Shown piece by piece: positions 47,179 through 59,162 of a stretch of 64,000 nucleotides of DNA. This stretch comes from Dictyostelium discoideum. Taxonomy: Eukaryota. A program made the translations under genes and the position numbers. The notes under the pieces are model-generated. The model worked only from the letters and a program-made list of their open reading frames with translations. It was not told the origin of the DNA and made no database searches. The stretch spans positions 1,920,001-1,984,000 of the forward strand of contig CM000154.2 of assembly GCA_000004695.1 (NCBI GenBank), in the 5' to 3' direction. Positions within the stretch are counted from its first letter, which is position 1; each line of letters starts with the position of its first letter.

Positions 47179-48306
47179 ATGATTGATTCAGAGATAGAGT
47201 TAAATAAAGTAATAGTAGTACCATTAATATCAAAAGATTCATTAGATATTAATGATGCAAAAAATTACTATGGAACCGAGTTACACCCAAATCAACCAAT
47301 TCCAACAATAGTTTCAACTCAATCTGAAGTGAATTCTTTAGTTAATCAAAAATCTGGTAATAATCAACAATTGGCCAATGAAGAAAGATTAGTTATATTA
47401 TTAAAACAACAAGAGGTAGAAAAAGATAAAACATTTGATACAAATAAATATTTTAACGAATTATCAACAGATTTATTTGGAAAGAATTTAATTCATACTG
47501 AAGTAATTAGTTCAACACAAGATATAATGTTAAAATATTTAACATATACTCGTCAAGGATTAGTAATGATTGCAGATCAACAAACCGATGGTAGAGGACG
47601 TGATGGAAATAAATTCTTGTCTCCATTGGGATGTTTGTTAATGTCATTCAAATGTAAACAAACTGATTGTAACAAATTACCATTCCTTCAATATTTGACT
47701 GGTATGGCAATGGTCGAAGCAATTCACTCTTTCCCAATTGCATCTGATTTAAATCTTAGTTTGAAATGGCCAAATGAAATCTTTACTAAGGAAGCAGGTA
47801 TTAAGCTTGGTGGAGTCCTCTGTGAACCAAAATATCTTAACAATGAATTTGATGTTGTCATTGGTGTTGGTGTTTATCTTTCAAATTCAAATAATCCATC
47901 AACAACTGTAAATCAATTAATTCACCAGAAACAACAACATGGATCTTCTTTATCATCAACAACAACAAGTACTGATATTCCAATTTATATTAATAGAGAA
48001 GAATTGGTTTCAAAATTCTTTAACAAATTCGAACCAATGTTTATGGAGTTTACAAGAGATGGCTTTAATGCAGATCTTGAAAATAGATACACTGACTTAT
48101 GGATGCATACAAATCAAATTGTAAAAGTAAAAGAAAGAGATTACCATCATGTTAAAATCATTGGTATTTCTGATAGAGGTTTCCTTAAAGTTATTGAATG
48201 TGATGCTGGTGGTAATTCATCTCCAAACTCTCAAATCGTTGAACTAAACCCAGAAAGTACTTCATTTGATATTCAAAATTTAATTTTAATGCAAAAATCA
48301 CAATAA
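47179..48306 (+). CDS. biotin--protein ligase (BirA/holocarboxylase-synthetase catalytic domain) paralog 1
   Basis: VMIADQQTDGRGRDGNKFLSPLGCLLMSF matches the BPL GRGRxGxxWxSPxG biotin-binding loop. LKWPNEIFTKEAGIKLGGVLCE matches BirA KWPNDLYL...KLAGILVE. Confidence 0.8.
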   Translation: MIDSEIELNKVIVVPLISKDSLDINDAKNYYGTELHPNQPIPTIVSTQSEVNSLVNQKSGNNQQLANEERLVILLKQQEVEKDKTFDTNKYFNELSTDLFGKNLIHTEVISSTQDIMLKYLTYTRQGLVMIADQQTDGRGRDGNKFLSPLGCLLMSFKCKQTDCNKLPFLQYLTGMAMVEAIHSFPIASDLNLSLKWPNEIFTKEAGIKLGGVLCEPKYLNNEFDVVIGVGVYLSNSNNPSTTVNQLIHQKQQHGSSLSSTTTSTDIPIYINREELVSKFFNKFEPMFMEFTRDGFNADLENRYTDLWMHTNQIVKVKERDYHHVKIIGISDRGFLKVIECDAGGNSSPNSQIVELNPESTSFDIQNLILMQKSQ

Positions 48307-48882
48307 TCAAAATAAATAATTAAAATAAATAATTTAATATTGGTTTTGTTTTGGTTTGTGTTTTTCCTGTTAATGTTAATTTTTTTTTATTATAAGGAGA
48401 CCTTTTTTTTTTTATTATTTATCATTCATTTCTTATAACTTGTTTTTTATTTTGAAAAATAGATTTAAAATAAAAAAAAAAAAAAAAAAAATTATAATTA
48501 TTATAAATTCTTCATAGAATAGAATTTAAAAAGTACTTTTTGATTTGGAAAAAAAAAAAAAAAAAATAAAAAAAAAGTTTTTAAAAAAAAAAAAAAAAAA
48601 TGTTTGAAAATGGAAATTTTTTTTTATTTCTAGTTAGATGTGTGTCTTTTTCAACTTACTTTTTTAAGTGGTTAACTGGATGAATTTATTATAATTATTC
48701 TTTTTTTTTTTTACAAAGGTAATGAAATATAAATTTTTTTTTATTTTTTTTTTTTTTGTTATAAAAAGGAAATTTTTTTTGTTATTTAAACCCAATTTTT
48801 TTTTTTTTTTTTAATATTAATAGTAATTATTTTTTTTTTCCTTCCCTCATTATTTTTTTTAAATAATAAATAAACATATACA

Positions 48883-50010
48883 ATGATTGATTCAGATATA
48901 GAATTAAATAAAATAATAGTAGTACCATTAATATCAAAAGATTCATTAGATATTAATGATGCAAAAAATTACTATGGAACCGAGTTATACCCAAATCAAC
49001 CAATTCCAACCATAGTTTCAGCTCAATCTGAAGTAGATTCTTTAATTAATCAAACTTCTGGTAATAATGATGAAGAAAGATTAGTTTTATTATTAAAACA
49101 ACAACAACAAGAGGTAGAAAAAGATAAAACATTTGATACAAATAAATATTTTAACGAATTATCAACAATTTTATTTGGAAAGAATTTAATTCATTCTGAA
49201 GTAATTAGTTCAACACAAGATATAATGTTAAAATATTTAACATATACTCGTCAAGGATTAGTAATGATTGCAGACCAACAAACCAAAGGTAGAGGACGTG
49301 GTGTAAATAAATTCTTGTCTCCATTGGGATGTTTGTTAATGTCATTCAAATGTAAACAAACTGATGGTAATAAATTACCATTCCTTCAATATTTGGCTGG
49401 TATGGCAATGGTCGAAGCAATTCACTCTTTCCCAAGTGCATCTGATTTAAATCTTCGTTTGAAGTGGCCAAACGATATCTATAGTAATGAACCAGGTATG
49501 AAAGTTGGTGGTGTCCTCTGTGAATCAAATTATCTTAACAATGAATTTGATGTTGTCATTGGTGTTGGTGTTAATCTTTCAAATTCAAATAATCCATCAA
49601 CAACTATAAATCAATTAATTCAAAAGAAAAAATATGGATTTTCATCATCATCATTGGCAACAAGTACTGATATTCCAATTTATATTAGTAGAGAAGAATT
49701 GGTTTCAAAATTCTTTAACAAATTCGAACCAATGTTTATGGAATTTACAAGAGATGGCTTTAATGCAGATCTTGAAAATAGATACACTGACTTATGGATG
49801 CATACAAATCAAATTGTAAAATTTAAAGAAAGAGATAACCATCATGTTAAAATCATTGGTATTTCTGATAGTGGTTTCCTTAAAGCTATTGAATGTGATG
49901 CTGATGGTAATACATCTTCTGACTCTGAAACCGTTGAGCTTCACCCAGATGGTACTTCATTTGATATTCAAAACTTAATTTTAATGCAAAAATCACAACA
50001 ACCAAAATAG
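48883..50010 (+). CDS. biotin--protein ligase paralog 2 (tandem duplicate)
   Basis: About 85% amino-acid identity to paralog 1, including GRGRGVNKFLSPLG and KWPNDIYS...KVGGVLCE. About 20 nt of conserved 5' flank (aaacatatacaATGATTGATTCAGA) is shared. Confidence 0.8.
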   Translation: MIDSDIELNKIIVVPLISKDSLDINDAKNYYGTELYPNQPIPTIVSAQSEVDSLINQTSGNNDEERLVLLLKQQQQEVEKDKTFDTNKYFNELSTILFGKNLIHSEVISSTQDIMLKYLTYTRQGLVMIADQQTKGRGRGVNKFLSPLGCLLMSFKCKQTDGNKLPFLQYLAGMAMVEAIHSFPSASDLNLRLKWPNDIYSNEPGMKVGGVLCESNYLNNEFDVVIGVGVNLSNSNNPSTTINQLIQKKKYGFSSSSLATSTDIPIYISREELVSKFFNKFEPMFMEFTRDGFNADLENRYTDLWMHTNQIVKFKERDNHHVKIIGISDSGFLKAIECDADGNTSSDSETVELHPDGTSFDIQNLILMQKSQQPK

Positions 50011-50395
50011 ATAAAAAAAAAAAAATTTTTAGTAATCACTTTTTTTCCCAATATTTTCTTTACAGAATAATAAATAATAAATAAATAATAAATAAATAAT
50101 AAATATATATATTTTTTATCATAATTTATTTTATTTTTATTATTTATTTGTATTAAAATGAGTTTAAAAAAAAAAAAAAAAAAATTAAATTTGAAAAATA
50201 ATATTAACCCAACAGACGAGAAAGAGAGAACCAGATTTTTTTTTTTTTTTTTTTTTTGATATCGAACCCCATTTCCTTTAAGAAAAAACTTAAATAATTA
50301 AAAAAAAAATATGAATAGATATTATTTAAGACCCATATATAATTTCCCACACTATTTTTATTATTATTTATTTATAATATTTAATTTTATTCAAT

Positions 50396-53239
50396 TTATT
50401 CTAAATTTATTACCCATTGTAAATATTTATAATTTAAATCAGTTTTTAATATTTCTACTGAATATTGTGAAAAATCACTTGATTTAATTACACCAATTTC
50501 AAAATAATATTGAACAATTTCAACTAGATCTTCTGATATTGCAAATTCAACCAATCTATCATTAATTTTAAAATAGTTGGGTACATACTTTAAACATAAA
50601 TCCCATAGATGTATATTATTTGTTTGGCCATTGAATATAAAATTTATTCTTGCAGTATTTGAAGGACTTTTTTCAATTTCTCTAAAAGTAATTAAAATGA
50701 ATTCTAAATGATTTTCAAAAAGAAATTTAAAGAATTGATAAAATTTTGTTTCAAATAATTTCAAAAAGAGGTTGTGGTCTTTTAATGTTTCAATTGTTTC
50801 ATTATATAAATTTGAAAATAAATATTCAATAATTTCAATTGTTTTATTATTAATAGCATCTTGAATAAACCAATTAATTCCAAATCCAGGTTTTGAAAGC
50901 ATTAAAAATTCTTTAATTTTATTACAATTTAATAAAAACATTGATAAATTATTAAAGGAATTTGGTTCTTGTTCAATTAATGAATATTCTAAAAACAATT
51001 CAACCTCTCCAATTTTTGCTAGACTAGGGAGGTATATTTCATTTATTTCAATAGTATCTTGATTATAGGGCTCTCCAATATTATTATTATTAATTTCTTT
51101 TGGGAAAATTTTATAAACTAATTCTTTAAAACTATTTGATTGTAGAATAATATCAAATGATAAATCATTTAAATACAAAAATATTTTAAATTCCAAACTA
51201 TCAGTATAATACCTTCCTATTAAAAAAGAAATTTTAAAATATTTAATTTTTGACCAAACAAAAATGTAATATGCATGATCATATTGAGATGATGATGATA
51301 AATAATTAATAGCATTGATTTCAAATAATTCATGAATTTCAATTAAATCATTTAATGATGAAATTCCATTTGATTGAATTAAATGTTTATAAAGATTTTG
51401 AAATAATAATTGAAATTTCTTTAAATCATTAACATTATTATTTAAAAGTTTTAAAAGTTTAAATAATATATAATTAATAAATTCTTTAATATCTTTAAAA
51501 TTATTTGATGACACCAATGATTCATTATCTACTATAATTGGGTAATTAGATTTATTTTTTAATAATATCTTTTCAACACTTTCAATTGAAATATTAAATT
51601 CATAATCTTCTAACATTTGTTTAGTTACTATAAAATCTAATGATAATATTGAATTTAATAATTTATCTGTATATAAAAATTTATTTGAAATAAAATTAAT
51701 TTTGTGATCATTTGAAATTATTAAATTTTCCTTTGTTATTGTTGAAGTTGTTGTTGTTGTTGTTGTTGTTGCTGTTGTTGATAAAGGTAATAAATTAAAA
51801 AATAATTTTAATGATAAATAATCAAAAAATTTAAAACTAATTGAATTTAAATAATTTAAAAGTGAATCTCTTGAATTTTCATCATTAAAAATTTTATAAT
51901 CTAAATTTCTATTAACATTTTTTAATAGTTCATATATTTTAATATTTTTAAATTTATTTTGAAAAAGTATGAGATCATCATCATTATTATTATTATTATT
52001 AAAATGATTTAAAATTTTTTTTATTGATTCTATATCACAATTTAAAATTGATAAAAAAAAAGTACTTCTATAAATTAAAAGTTGATATGATTTCATAATA
52101 TTTTTTTCAAATGTTATTTGATTTTTGTTATATAATTTCTTTTCAAAATAATTGGCCAATTCAAATGTCTTAAAAGTTTTTGAAATTCCAAGTGGACATT
52201 TAAATTGATAATCATATAGGAATAGAAACTTTGAATCGTTACAAATATCTTTGATATTGATTGGAATATTATAAAAATCATTTGTTTCTAATATAAAATC
52301 AACAAATTCTTCACTATCAACTATCATATTATACATTGGTTGGTTGGGATGTGGAATTCTACCATCACCATTATATTTAATAATTTTTTTAATTATCCAT
52401 TTATACCTATTGAAATTGATTGGATTTTCTTTTATTGGTACAATACTCTTCATAGTTGGTTCTAATATTTTTTCAAGTACAGTTGATAAAATTGATTCTA
52501 TTCTTTTATTTTTAAAATATTGATTATATAAATTTTTAATAACTTTATAAATTGTAAATACTTTATCTTTGGTTTTATTATTATCATTATTATCATTATG
52601 ATTATCATCATCATCATCATAAATTATTCCATTTGATGATGAAAAAATATAAACTAAATAAACTACTGTTCTTTCTTGACGATAATGAGGATTTTTATAA
52701 ATAAGTTGAATAAATTCAATTAATTGATCTTTTTTTATTAAAACATTTTTATCTATACCAAAATGTAAAGGTAAAATTTGTATATCATTCTCTACAATTA
52801 ATTTTATTCCTTTTAAACATAAATAGTTTTGAGAATAAACTGATAAATCACACCAAAATGAATCTGCAAATTTGTTAATTAAATTATCTTCACCTATTGG
52901 CTCTAAAAATTCTTCATTATATTCTTTTAAATAATTATAATAAACACCCCTTTTTAAATGTTGTGAATGAGTTTTAATTATAATTTTTAAGAGTTGATGT
53001 ACTTTTTCTTGGTTTGTTGATAATGAATTTATTATTTTTAAATTATCAATAATTGAATCATTAAATTTTAGATTTAATTTTACTTGATTCGTTTTATTAA
53101 AAAAACTATTTTCTGCAAATGATTTCTCTATAAATATTTTATAACAATTGATTAATTCTTTAATTGTATTTTCTTTATATACATTTTCAAAATAAATACT
53201 ATATTCTAAAAATTCATTTCTGGATTGTAAAAATGTCAT
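50396..53239 (-). CDS. large hypothetical N/I/K/L-rich protein, no recognisable domain
   Basis: Long uninterrupted minus-strand ORF. The likely start is MTFLQSRNEFLEY after a poly-K-encoding A-run. Internal poly-T (ACA/ACT) and poly-N tracts. Probably lineage-specific. Confidence 0.5.
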   Translation of the reverse strand: MTFLQSRNEFLEYSIYFENVYKENTIKELINCYKIFIEKSFAENSFFNKTNQVKLNLKFNDSIIDNLKIINSLSTNQEKVHQLLKIIIKTHSQHLKRGVYYNYLKEYNEEFLEPIGEDNLINKFADSFWCDLSVYSQNYLCLKGIKLIVENDIQILPLHFGIDKNVLIKKDQLIEFIQLIYKNPHYRQERTVVYLVYIFSSSNGIIYDDDDDNHNDNNDNNKTKDKVFTIYKVIKNLYNQYFKNKRIESILSTVLEKILEPTMKSIVPIKENPINFNRYKWIIKKIIKYNGDGRIPHPNQPMYNMIVDSEEFVDFILETNDFYNIPINIKDICNDSKFLFLYDYQFKCPLGISKTFKTFELANYFEKKLYNKNQITFEKNIMKSYQLLIYRSTFFLSILNCDIESIKKILNHFNNNNNNDDDLILFQNKFKNIKIYELLKNVNRNLDYKIFNDENSRDSLLNYLNSISFKFFDYLSLKLFFNLLPLSTTATTTTTTTTSTITKENLIISNDHKINFISNKFLYTDKLLNSILSLDFIVTKQMLEDYEFNISIESVEKILLKNKSNYPIIVDNESLVSSNNFKDIKEFINYILFKLLKLLNNNVNDLKKFQLLFQNLYKHLIQSNGISSLNDLIEIHELFEINAINYLSSSSQYDHAYYIFVWSKIKYFKISFLIGRYYTDSLEFKIFLYLNDLSFDIILQSNSFKELVYKIFPKEINNNNIGEPYNQDTIEINEIYLPSLAKIGEVELFLEYSLIEQEPNSFNNLSMFLLNCNKIKEFLMLSKPGFGINWFIQDAINNKTIEIIEYLFSNLYNETIETLKDHNLFLKLFETKFYQFFKFLFENHLEFILITFREIEKSPSNTARINFIFNGQTNNIHLWDLCLKYVPNYFKINDRLVEFAISEDLVEIVQYYFEIGVIKSSDFSQYSVEILKTDLNYKYLQWVINLE

Positions 53240-53648
53240 TTCAATAACTTTAATTTTTAAAATTTTTTTTTTTTTTTTTTTTTTATTTTTTTTTTTTTCA
53301 TTTTTTTTTTTTTTTTTTTTCACAAAACAAAAAAAAACAATTCAAAGAAAATTAAATAAAAAATAAGAAATATCTTGGATTAATTAATTTTAATTGTTTT
53401 TTTTTTTTTTTTAAATTTCAAAGTGATTGTGTCGTTGAAAAAAAAAACTCAAAAATGTTTTAATATCATTATAATCTTTAATTTTATTAAATAAATATTG
53501 AATTTTTTAAATTAAGTTTCAAATACTGCACATTTATATTATATTATTATTTATATTATTATTATTATTTATATTATTATTTATTATTATTATTATTTAT
53601 TATTATTATTATTATTTATTATTATTATTATTATTACAATTTTTTTAT

Positions 53649-55169
53649 TTATTTGTATTTATTTAAATTTTTTGGTTTTAAATGAATTATTGATGATGGT
53701 AAAGCATTTGGAAGAATTGATTTTTTATAAGAAAGACTAAGATTTAAAAAAGTTAGTGATGAAGGTAATGAACCAATTTCAATGATTTGATTGAAACCAT
53801 TTATAAAGTTTAGTGTTTTTAATTGATTTGGTAATAGACCAATTGGAATTGGATGGTTATAAAAACCAAAAGTTAATTCTTTTAAAGAATTTGGAAATAA
53901 ACCAATATGATCCTTTGTTAGGGGTTGATTAAAATGTTGACCAAAATCTATTGAAGTGATCGATTGTGGAAAGAAACCAATATCAATTTTATGATTCCAA
54001 CATGATGGTACAAAATCAGTGTCATAAAAAGATAATACTGAGAATGAAAGTAATTGATTCAAATCTGATAGAGCATTTTGTTCAATTATGAATTTAGAAG
54101 TACTTGGCACAATATCTAATTTCTTTAAAGATTTTGGTAATTGATAATTTGATAGTATTGGATAATGTGTTAAAATCTTATCAATGAGTAAATACTCAAC
54201 AGTGTCAGGTATGGCAAAGGGCAGAATTGTCATTTTCTTTGCCAACAATTGTAAATGGGTGATACCATTTGGTAAGAGACCTTTATACAATTTCATATTT
54301 CTCCCAAATGTAAGTAATGGTGGAAAACGTGAATCTGTAATAGTCAAGTTTTTAATAGTTTTTGGAAGAACCCACATGGTTTTATTACAAATTTCCACAT
54401 CTGATAAATATTCACAAATTGTTAATTTCTCCAATTTTGGTGGTAACACATTTTCAAACAATTCTCTCCCATAGGATGAAATTTTTAAAGTTTTTAAATT
54501 AACCAAATAATCTAAATCACCCAATTGAATTGGGGTATCATTATTTTGCCATTCTCTACCCAAATCCAAACTTGTAAGAGTTGTTGAAAATTTTTGAAAT
54601 AATTGTGGTGTTAATTGAATATTGTATCCACATCTAATAGATATTTTAATTAATGATGGAAATCTTAACAAATGTCCATAGAGTGCATTAACATCTCTCT
54701 CTGTAATGCCAATATTCACTATTGAGTTGAAAAAAGTTGGTATCTTTGAAATGTTAATATCATCGGGATACAAGGAAATTGGGAATCGAATCTCCATGTG
54801 TTGAACTGATTGTGGGATGATTGAATAATCAATAGTTGTTTTTGAAATTGTTCTAGTTGAACTACCATCATCATATAAATAATAATGTTGAGTTTGAAAA
54901 TTCTTTGGTACATTTAATAATGATGAAAAAATGATTTTTTTTAAAAATCCACTCTCTGGTATATCTCCTTTCTTTAATATTTCATTACAATTTAATCTTA
55001 ATGATTCAATATAATCTCTAAATTTAAAGTCTCTTAATTCTTTTAAACTTTCAAATCTAATTTCTCTATTCTTTTGAAATATTGAAACATGTGAAAATAT
55101 TATTTTCCTTAAAAAACAATTTCTAAAAACTTTAAAAAATAATTTTTCAATATGTGAATCATCTGACAT
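53649..55169 (-). CDS. FNIP-repeat-containing protein
   Basis: Repeated about 22-aa units of the FNIP type, e.g. FGFYNHPIPIGLLPNQLKTLNFINGFNQIIEIGSLPSSLTFLNL, FGQHFNQPLTKDHIGLFPNSLKELTF and LPPKLEKLTI. This repeat class is common in Dictyostelium. Confidence 0.7.
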   Translation of the reverse strand: MSDDSHIEKLFFKVFRNCFLRKIIFSHVSIFQKNREIRFESLKELRDFKFRDYIESLRLNCNEILKKGDIPESGFLKKIIFSSLLNVPKNFQTQHYYLYDDGSSTRTISKTTIDYSIIPQSVQHMEIRFPISLYPDDINISKIPTFFNSIVNIGITERDVNALYGHLLRFPSLIKISIRCGYNIQLTPQLFQKFSTTLTSLDLGREWQNNDTPIQLGDLDYLVNLKTLKISSYGRELFENVLPPKLEKLTICEYLSDVEICNKTMWVLPKTIKNLTITDSRFPPLLTFGRNMKLYKGLLPNGITHLQLLAKKMTILPFAIPDTVEYLLIDKILTHYPILSNYQLPKSLKKLDIVPSTSKFIIEQNALSDLNQLLSFSVLSFYDTDFVPSCWNHKIDIGFFPQSITSIDFGQHFNQPLTKDHIGLFPNSLKELTFGFYNHPIPIGLLPNQLKTLNFINGFNQIIEIGSLPSSLTFLNLSLSYKKSILPNALPSSIIHLKPKNLNKYK

Positions 55170-55760
55170 TTTTTTAATTTTATTTATTTAAATTATTTAT
55201 TTATTTATTTTTTTAAAATTATTTATTTATTTTTTTTTTATGTGGGTGAATTTTTGATTTAAAATAATAAAAACAAAAAAAAAAAAAAACAAAAAAAAAA
55301 AAAAAAAAACAAAAAAAAAATTAAAATAATTAAATTTCAACACAAAGCTTTAAATAAATTTCATTTTTTTTCTTAAAATAAATAAATTTAATTTTTTTAA
55401 GAAAAAAAAAACATAACATGAATTGAAAAACATCATTTGAAACATTTTAATTTTAAGTAATACCTTATAATAGAAAATTTATTCTATAAATAAAAAAATT
55501 CTATAAATAAAAAAAAAAGTATTTATTATATTATAATTTATTTAATTTAATTTAATTTTTTTTTTTTTTTTTTCTTTTTTTTTTTTTTTATTCTTTTTTT
55601 TTTTTTTTTTTTTCTATTTTTTTTATTCTTTTTTTCTATTTTTTTTTTTTTTTTTTTTTTTTGAGATTTAAAAAAAAATATATATATAAATGTAAATATA
55701 TGTATATATTATTATTTAATTATTTAATAATATTTTGAATTTTTTTTTTTTTTTTTTTTT

Positions 55761-57234
55761 TTACTCTTCATTTGGATCTAATACAAGAGTAAATTGAGTT
55801 TGAGCATTAACTGATAATGATCTACGTCTTTCAAATGTAGTTTCTTGAAGTTTTGATAAAATTGGTAATTGAGCCATTGGCTGAGGTATATGATTTGGAT
55901 GTTGTGGTTGTACCCAAAATTGTGGTTGTGGTTGTAGTAATGGTGGTGGTTGATGATGTTGTTGTTGTTGTTGTTGAATTTGTTGTTGTTTATTTACAGA
56001 GATTGGAGAAAAGTGACCAGGTGACATTCTTTCGAAACCACCACTACTACCAGACATTTTCATCATTGAAATGATTGATGGTGGTGTATTTCTTAATGAA
56101 TTATAAGGTGAATTTTGAGCACTACCACTATTACTTCCACTACCACCAATATTGGTGTTGCTGGTAGTAGTATTGTTGTTGTTGTTTAAAAATATATCAG
56201 GTGCAGAATAAGAAAAACCTTGAAATGCCATTTGATCTTGATCAGAAAGATTTGAATTTATAGTATAAGGATTGATTGGTTGTGAATTCATTGTACAAAG
56301 TGGATCGAAATAAGATAAATCCAGTGGACCCACTAAATGAGGTTTAAAAGGTGGATCAACTTCTTTATTCAATAATTTTGACCAATTTACATTCTTAAAG
56401 AAAGGATGAGCTTTAATCTCCTCTACATCAGATTCACCAGAACCTAATCTTTTTGATGGGTCTCTATTTAAGAGTAATGAAACTAAACTTGCTGCATTTT
56501 TTGAAATTTGAGGTGGGAATTTTAAAGGTGACGAAAGGATTAACTTTGTCATTTCATGTGGATCCTCACTGTAGAATGGGGGCAACCCAGCGATCATCTC
56601 GTAGAATAGTGTGCCCAATGCCCACCAGTCCACCGATTTACTATAGCCTGTACCATTGATGATTTCAGGTGCGACATATTCGGGTGAGCCACACATTGTG
56701 TAGGTGACATGGCCCTCTTGGATACCCTCTTTACATAGGCCCAAATCCACTAAACAAATATTACCATCCAAATCCATTAACAAATTCTCTAATTTCAAAT
56801 CCCTGTAGATTACACCATGTTCATGTAGGAACCCAATGGCTAACATAATTTGACCAATATAGAATCTTGCTGTCTCCTCACTAAATGTTTCCCTTTCTGA
56901 AATGTGATAAAATAATTCACCACCACCAATGTAATCCAAAACCATACATAAACTATCTTGTGTTTGAAATGAATACTTTAATCCAACTATAAATGGATGA
57001 TAATATTTCTTTAATAATTTCCTTTCAGTAAATGTATGTCCAACTGCATTCATATTTAAACATTTATCTTTTTTTATAACTTTCATTGCATATAATCTAC
57101 CAGTATCAATTTTCTTTACTAAATTAACTTGTCCAAATGCACCTCTACCAATCATTCTTAAAAATATAAAATCATCAACTGTTACTTTTTTCTATTTTTT
57201 TTTTTTTAAAATTTTTAAAATATTAATATATATA

Positions 57235-57272
<38 letters not shown>

Positions 57273-57634
57273 GATATATTATAAGTTTTTCAAATTACTT
57301 ACACTTGAATTTGTAAAACTTGTTTTAACATGAATTGATACAGATTGACTTGTACCAGTTAATGGAAACCATTGATCACAAAATTGTTTTTTAAATGTTG
57401 CAAATGGTATATAAAGTTTACCAACTAATTTACTATTATTACTACTACCACCACCTTCTATACTATTATTTGCTATAGTTACATTTGCATTACCTTGCCA
57501 TATTGATAATGCTAATATTGATTTTGATGATATTACATCACTTTTTTTTTTAAAAAATAAAAAAAAAAAATAAAAAAAAATAAAAAAATAAAAAAATTTT
57601 AATATAAAAATAAAATTAAAATAATTTGATAATA

Positions 57635-57721
<87 letters not shown>

Positions 57722-57992
57722 TTGATAATATTTACAATGTATAACCTTCATTCCATTCAATTTGTGATTGATCTTTATTTATTACTATTGAAGAAGTTTG
57801 AACTGATTGTTTTTCAAGTGATGCCAAACAATAAACTTTTATTGGATTATCCATTATTTTTAAACCTTTTATACTCTTTATTGAAAAAAATAATTGTGCT
57901 TGAGTTTCCAATATATCTTCATTATTCCACGCCGCCATATTACTCTCTTCTTGCTTCTTTGATAGCAATGAATTGTAAATATCTTTTAACAT
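55761..57992 (-). CDS. AGC-family Ser/Thr protein kinase with N-terminal C2 domain (Sch9/S6K-like architecture), at least 3 exons
   Basis: Exon A (about 57741..57992, [16 protein letters not shown]...[33 protein letters not shown]) and exon B (about 57300..57518, [18 protein letters not shown]...[22 protein letters not shown]...SS|GTAAGT) encode a C2-like beta-sandwich. Exon C (55761..about 57193) holds the kinase: [27 protein letters not shown]-loop [14 protein letters not shown], and the AGC hydrophobic motif FQGFSYSAP. The intron 57519-57740 is (AAT)n-rich. Confidence 0.85.
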
Positions 57993-58724
57993 TTTTTATT
58001 CCTTTCTCTCTCTCTCTCTCCCCTCTCTTTATTTGTGTGTGTGTGTGTGTATATGTGATTGTATGTGTTTGTGTATTTTTTTATGGTAGTGAATATAATT
58101 GATTGATATAATAGTAATGTGATTACAATGGTGTGATTAAAAAAAAAAAAAAAAAAAAAAAAAAATTATTTACAAGTGTATTTATTTAAATATATTTAAA
58201 AAACAAATTTTATAGTTTACAACAATGATAATATAATAAATAATTAGGATATAAAAAAAAAATAAAAAAAAATAAAAAATAAAAAAAAGGGTAAAAAAAA
58301 ATAAAAAAAAAATTAATAAAAATAAAAATATAAAAAAATATTGGAACTATAGTTACAAAAAAAAAATAAAAAATAAAAAATAAAAAAAATAATGAAAAAA
58401 AAAAAAAGCGGGGCTACAAACCACGTCCCATCAAATAAAATTTGGTTGTATAATTGTTGTTTGTGATTTAAATGATTTTTTTTTTTTTTGATTTTTTTTT
58501 TTCTTTTTCCTATTTTTTTTTTTTTTTTTTTGATTTTTATTTTTTTTTATTTTTTTATTTTTTTTTTTATTTTTTTATTTTAATTTTTTTTTTTTTTTTT
58601 TTTTTTCCAAATTACTAACGAATTTTTGGTTATAACATAACATCTAAAATATCTTCATCATGTGTATTTATTTAGATTTGAATTTTGATTAAATTCAACA
58701 CCAAAAAAAAAAAGATTTAATAAA

Positions 58725-58755
<31 letters not shown>

Positions 58756-59096
58756 GATATTTTTTTTTTGATATTTTTTTTTTCCAAATTGGGCTTTTTT
58801 TTTTTTTAGGAAATTAAACACCAAAAATAAAATCAAAAAATCTTTTTTATTTTTTTATTTTTTTTATTTTTTTAGATTACTTTTTTTTTTTTATTTTTTT
58901 TTTTTTTTCCTCTTTTGGATTACTATTTTATTAACTCTTTTTTTTTTTTTTTTTTTTTATTTAACCAATTATTATTTTTTTTAATCAATTATTTTTTTTT
59001 TTTAATTGTAAAAATTTCTTGACCATTCTTTTTTTTTTTTTTTTTTTTTTTTTATTTTTATTTTTATTTTTTTATTTTTCAAATTTTCATTAATTT

Positions 59097-59134
<38 letters not shown>

Positions 59135-59162
59135 GTAATTAAGAAAAGTATAATACTCTACA

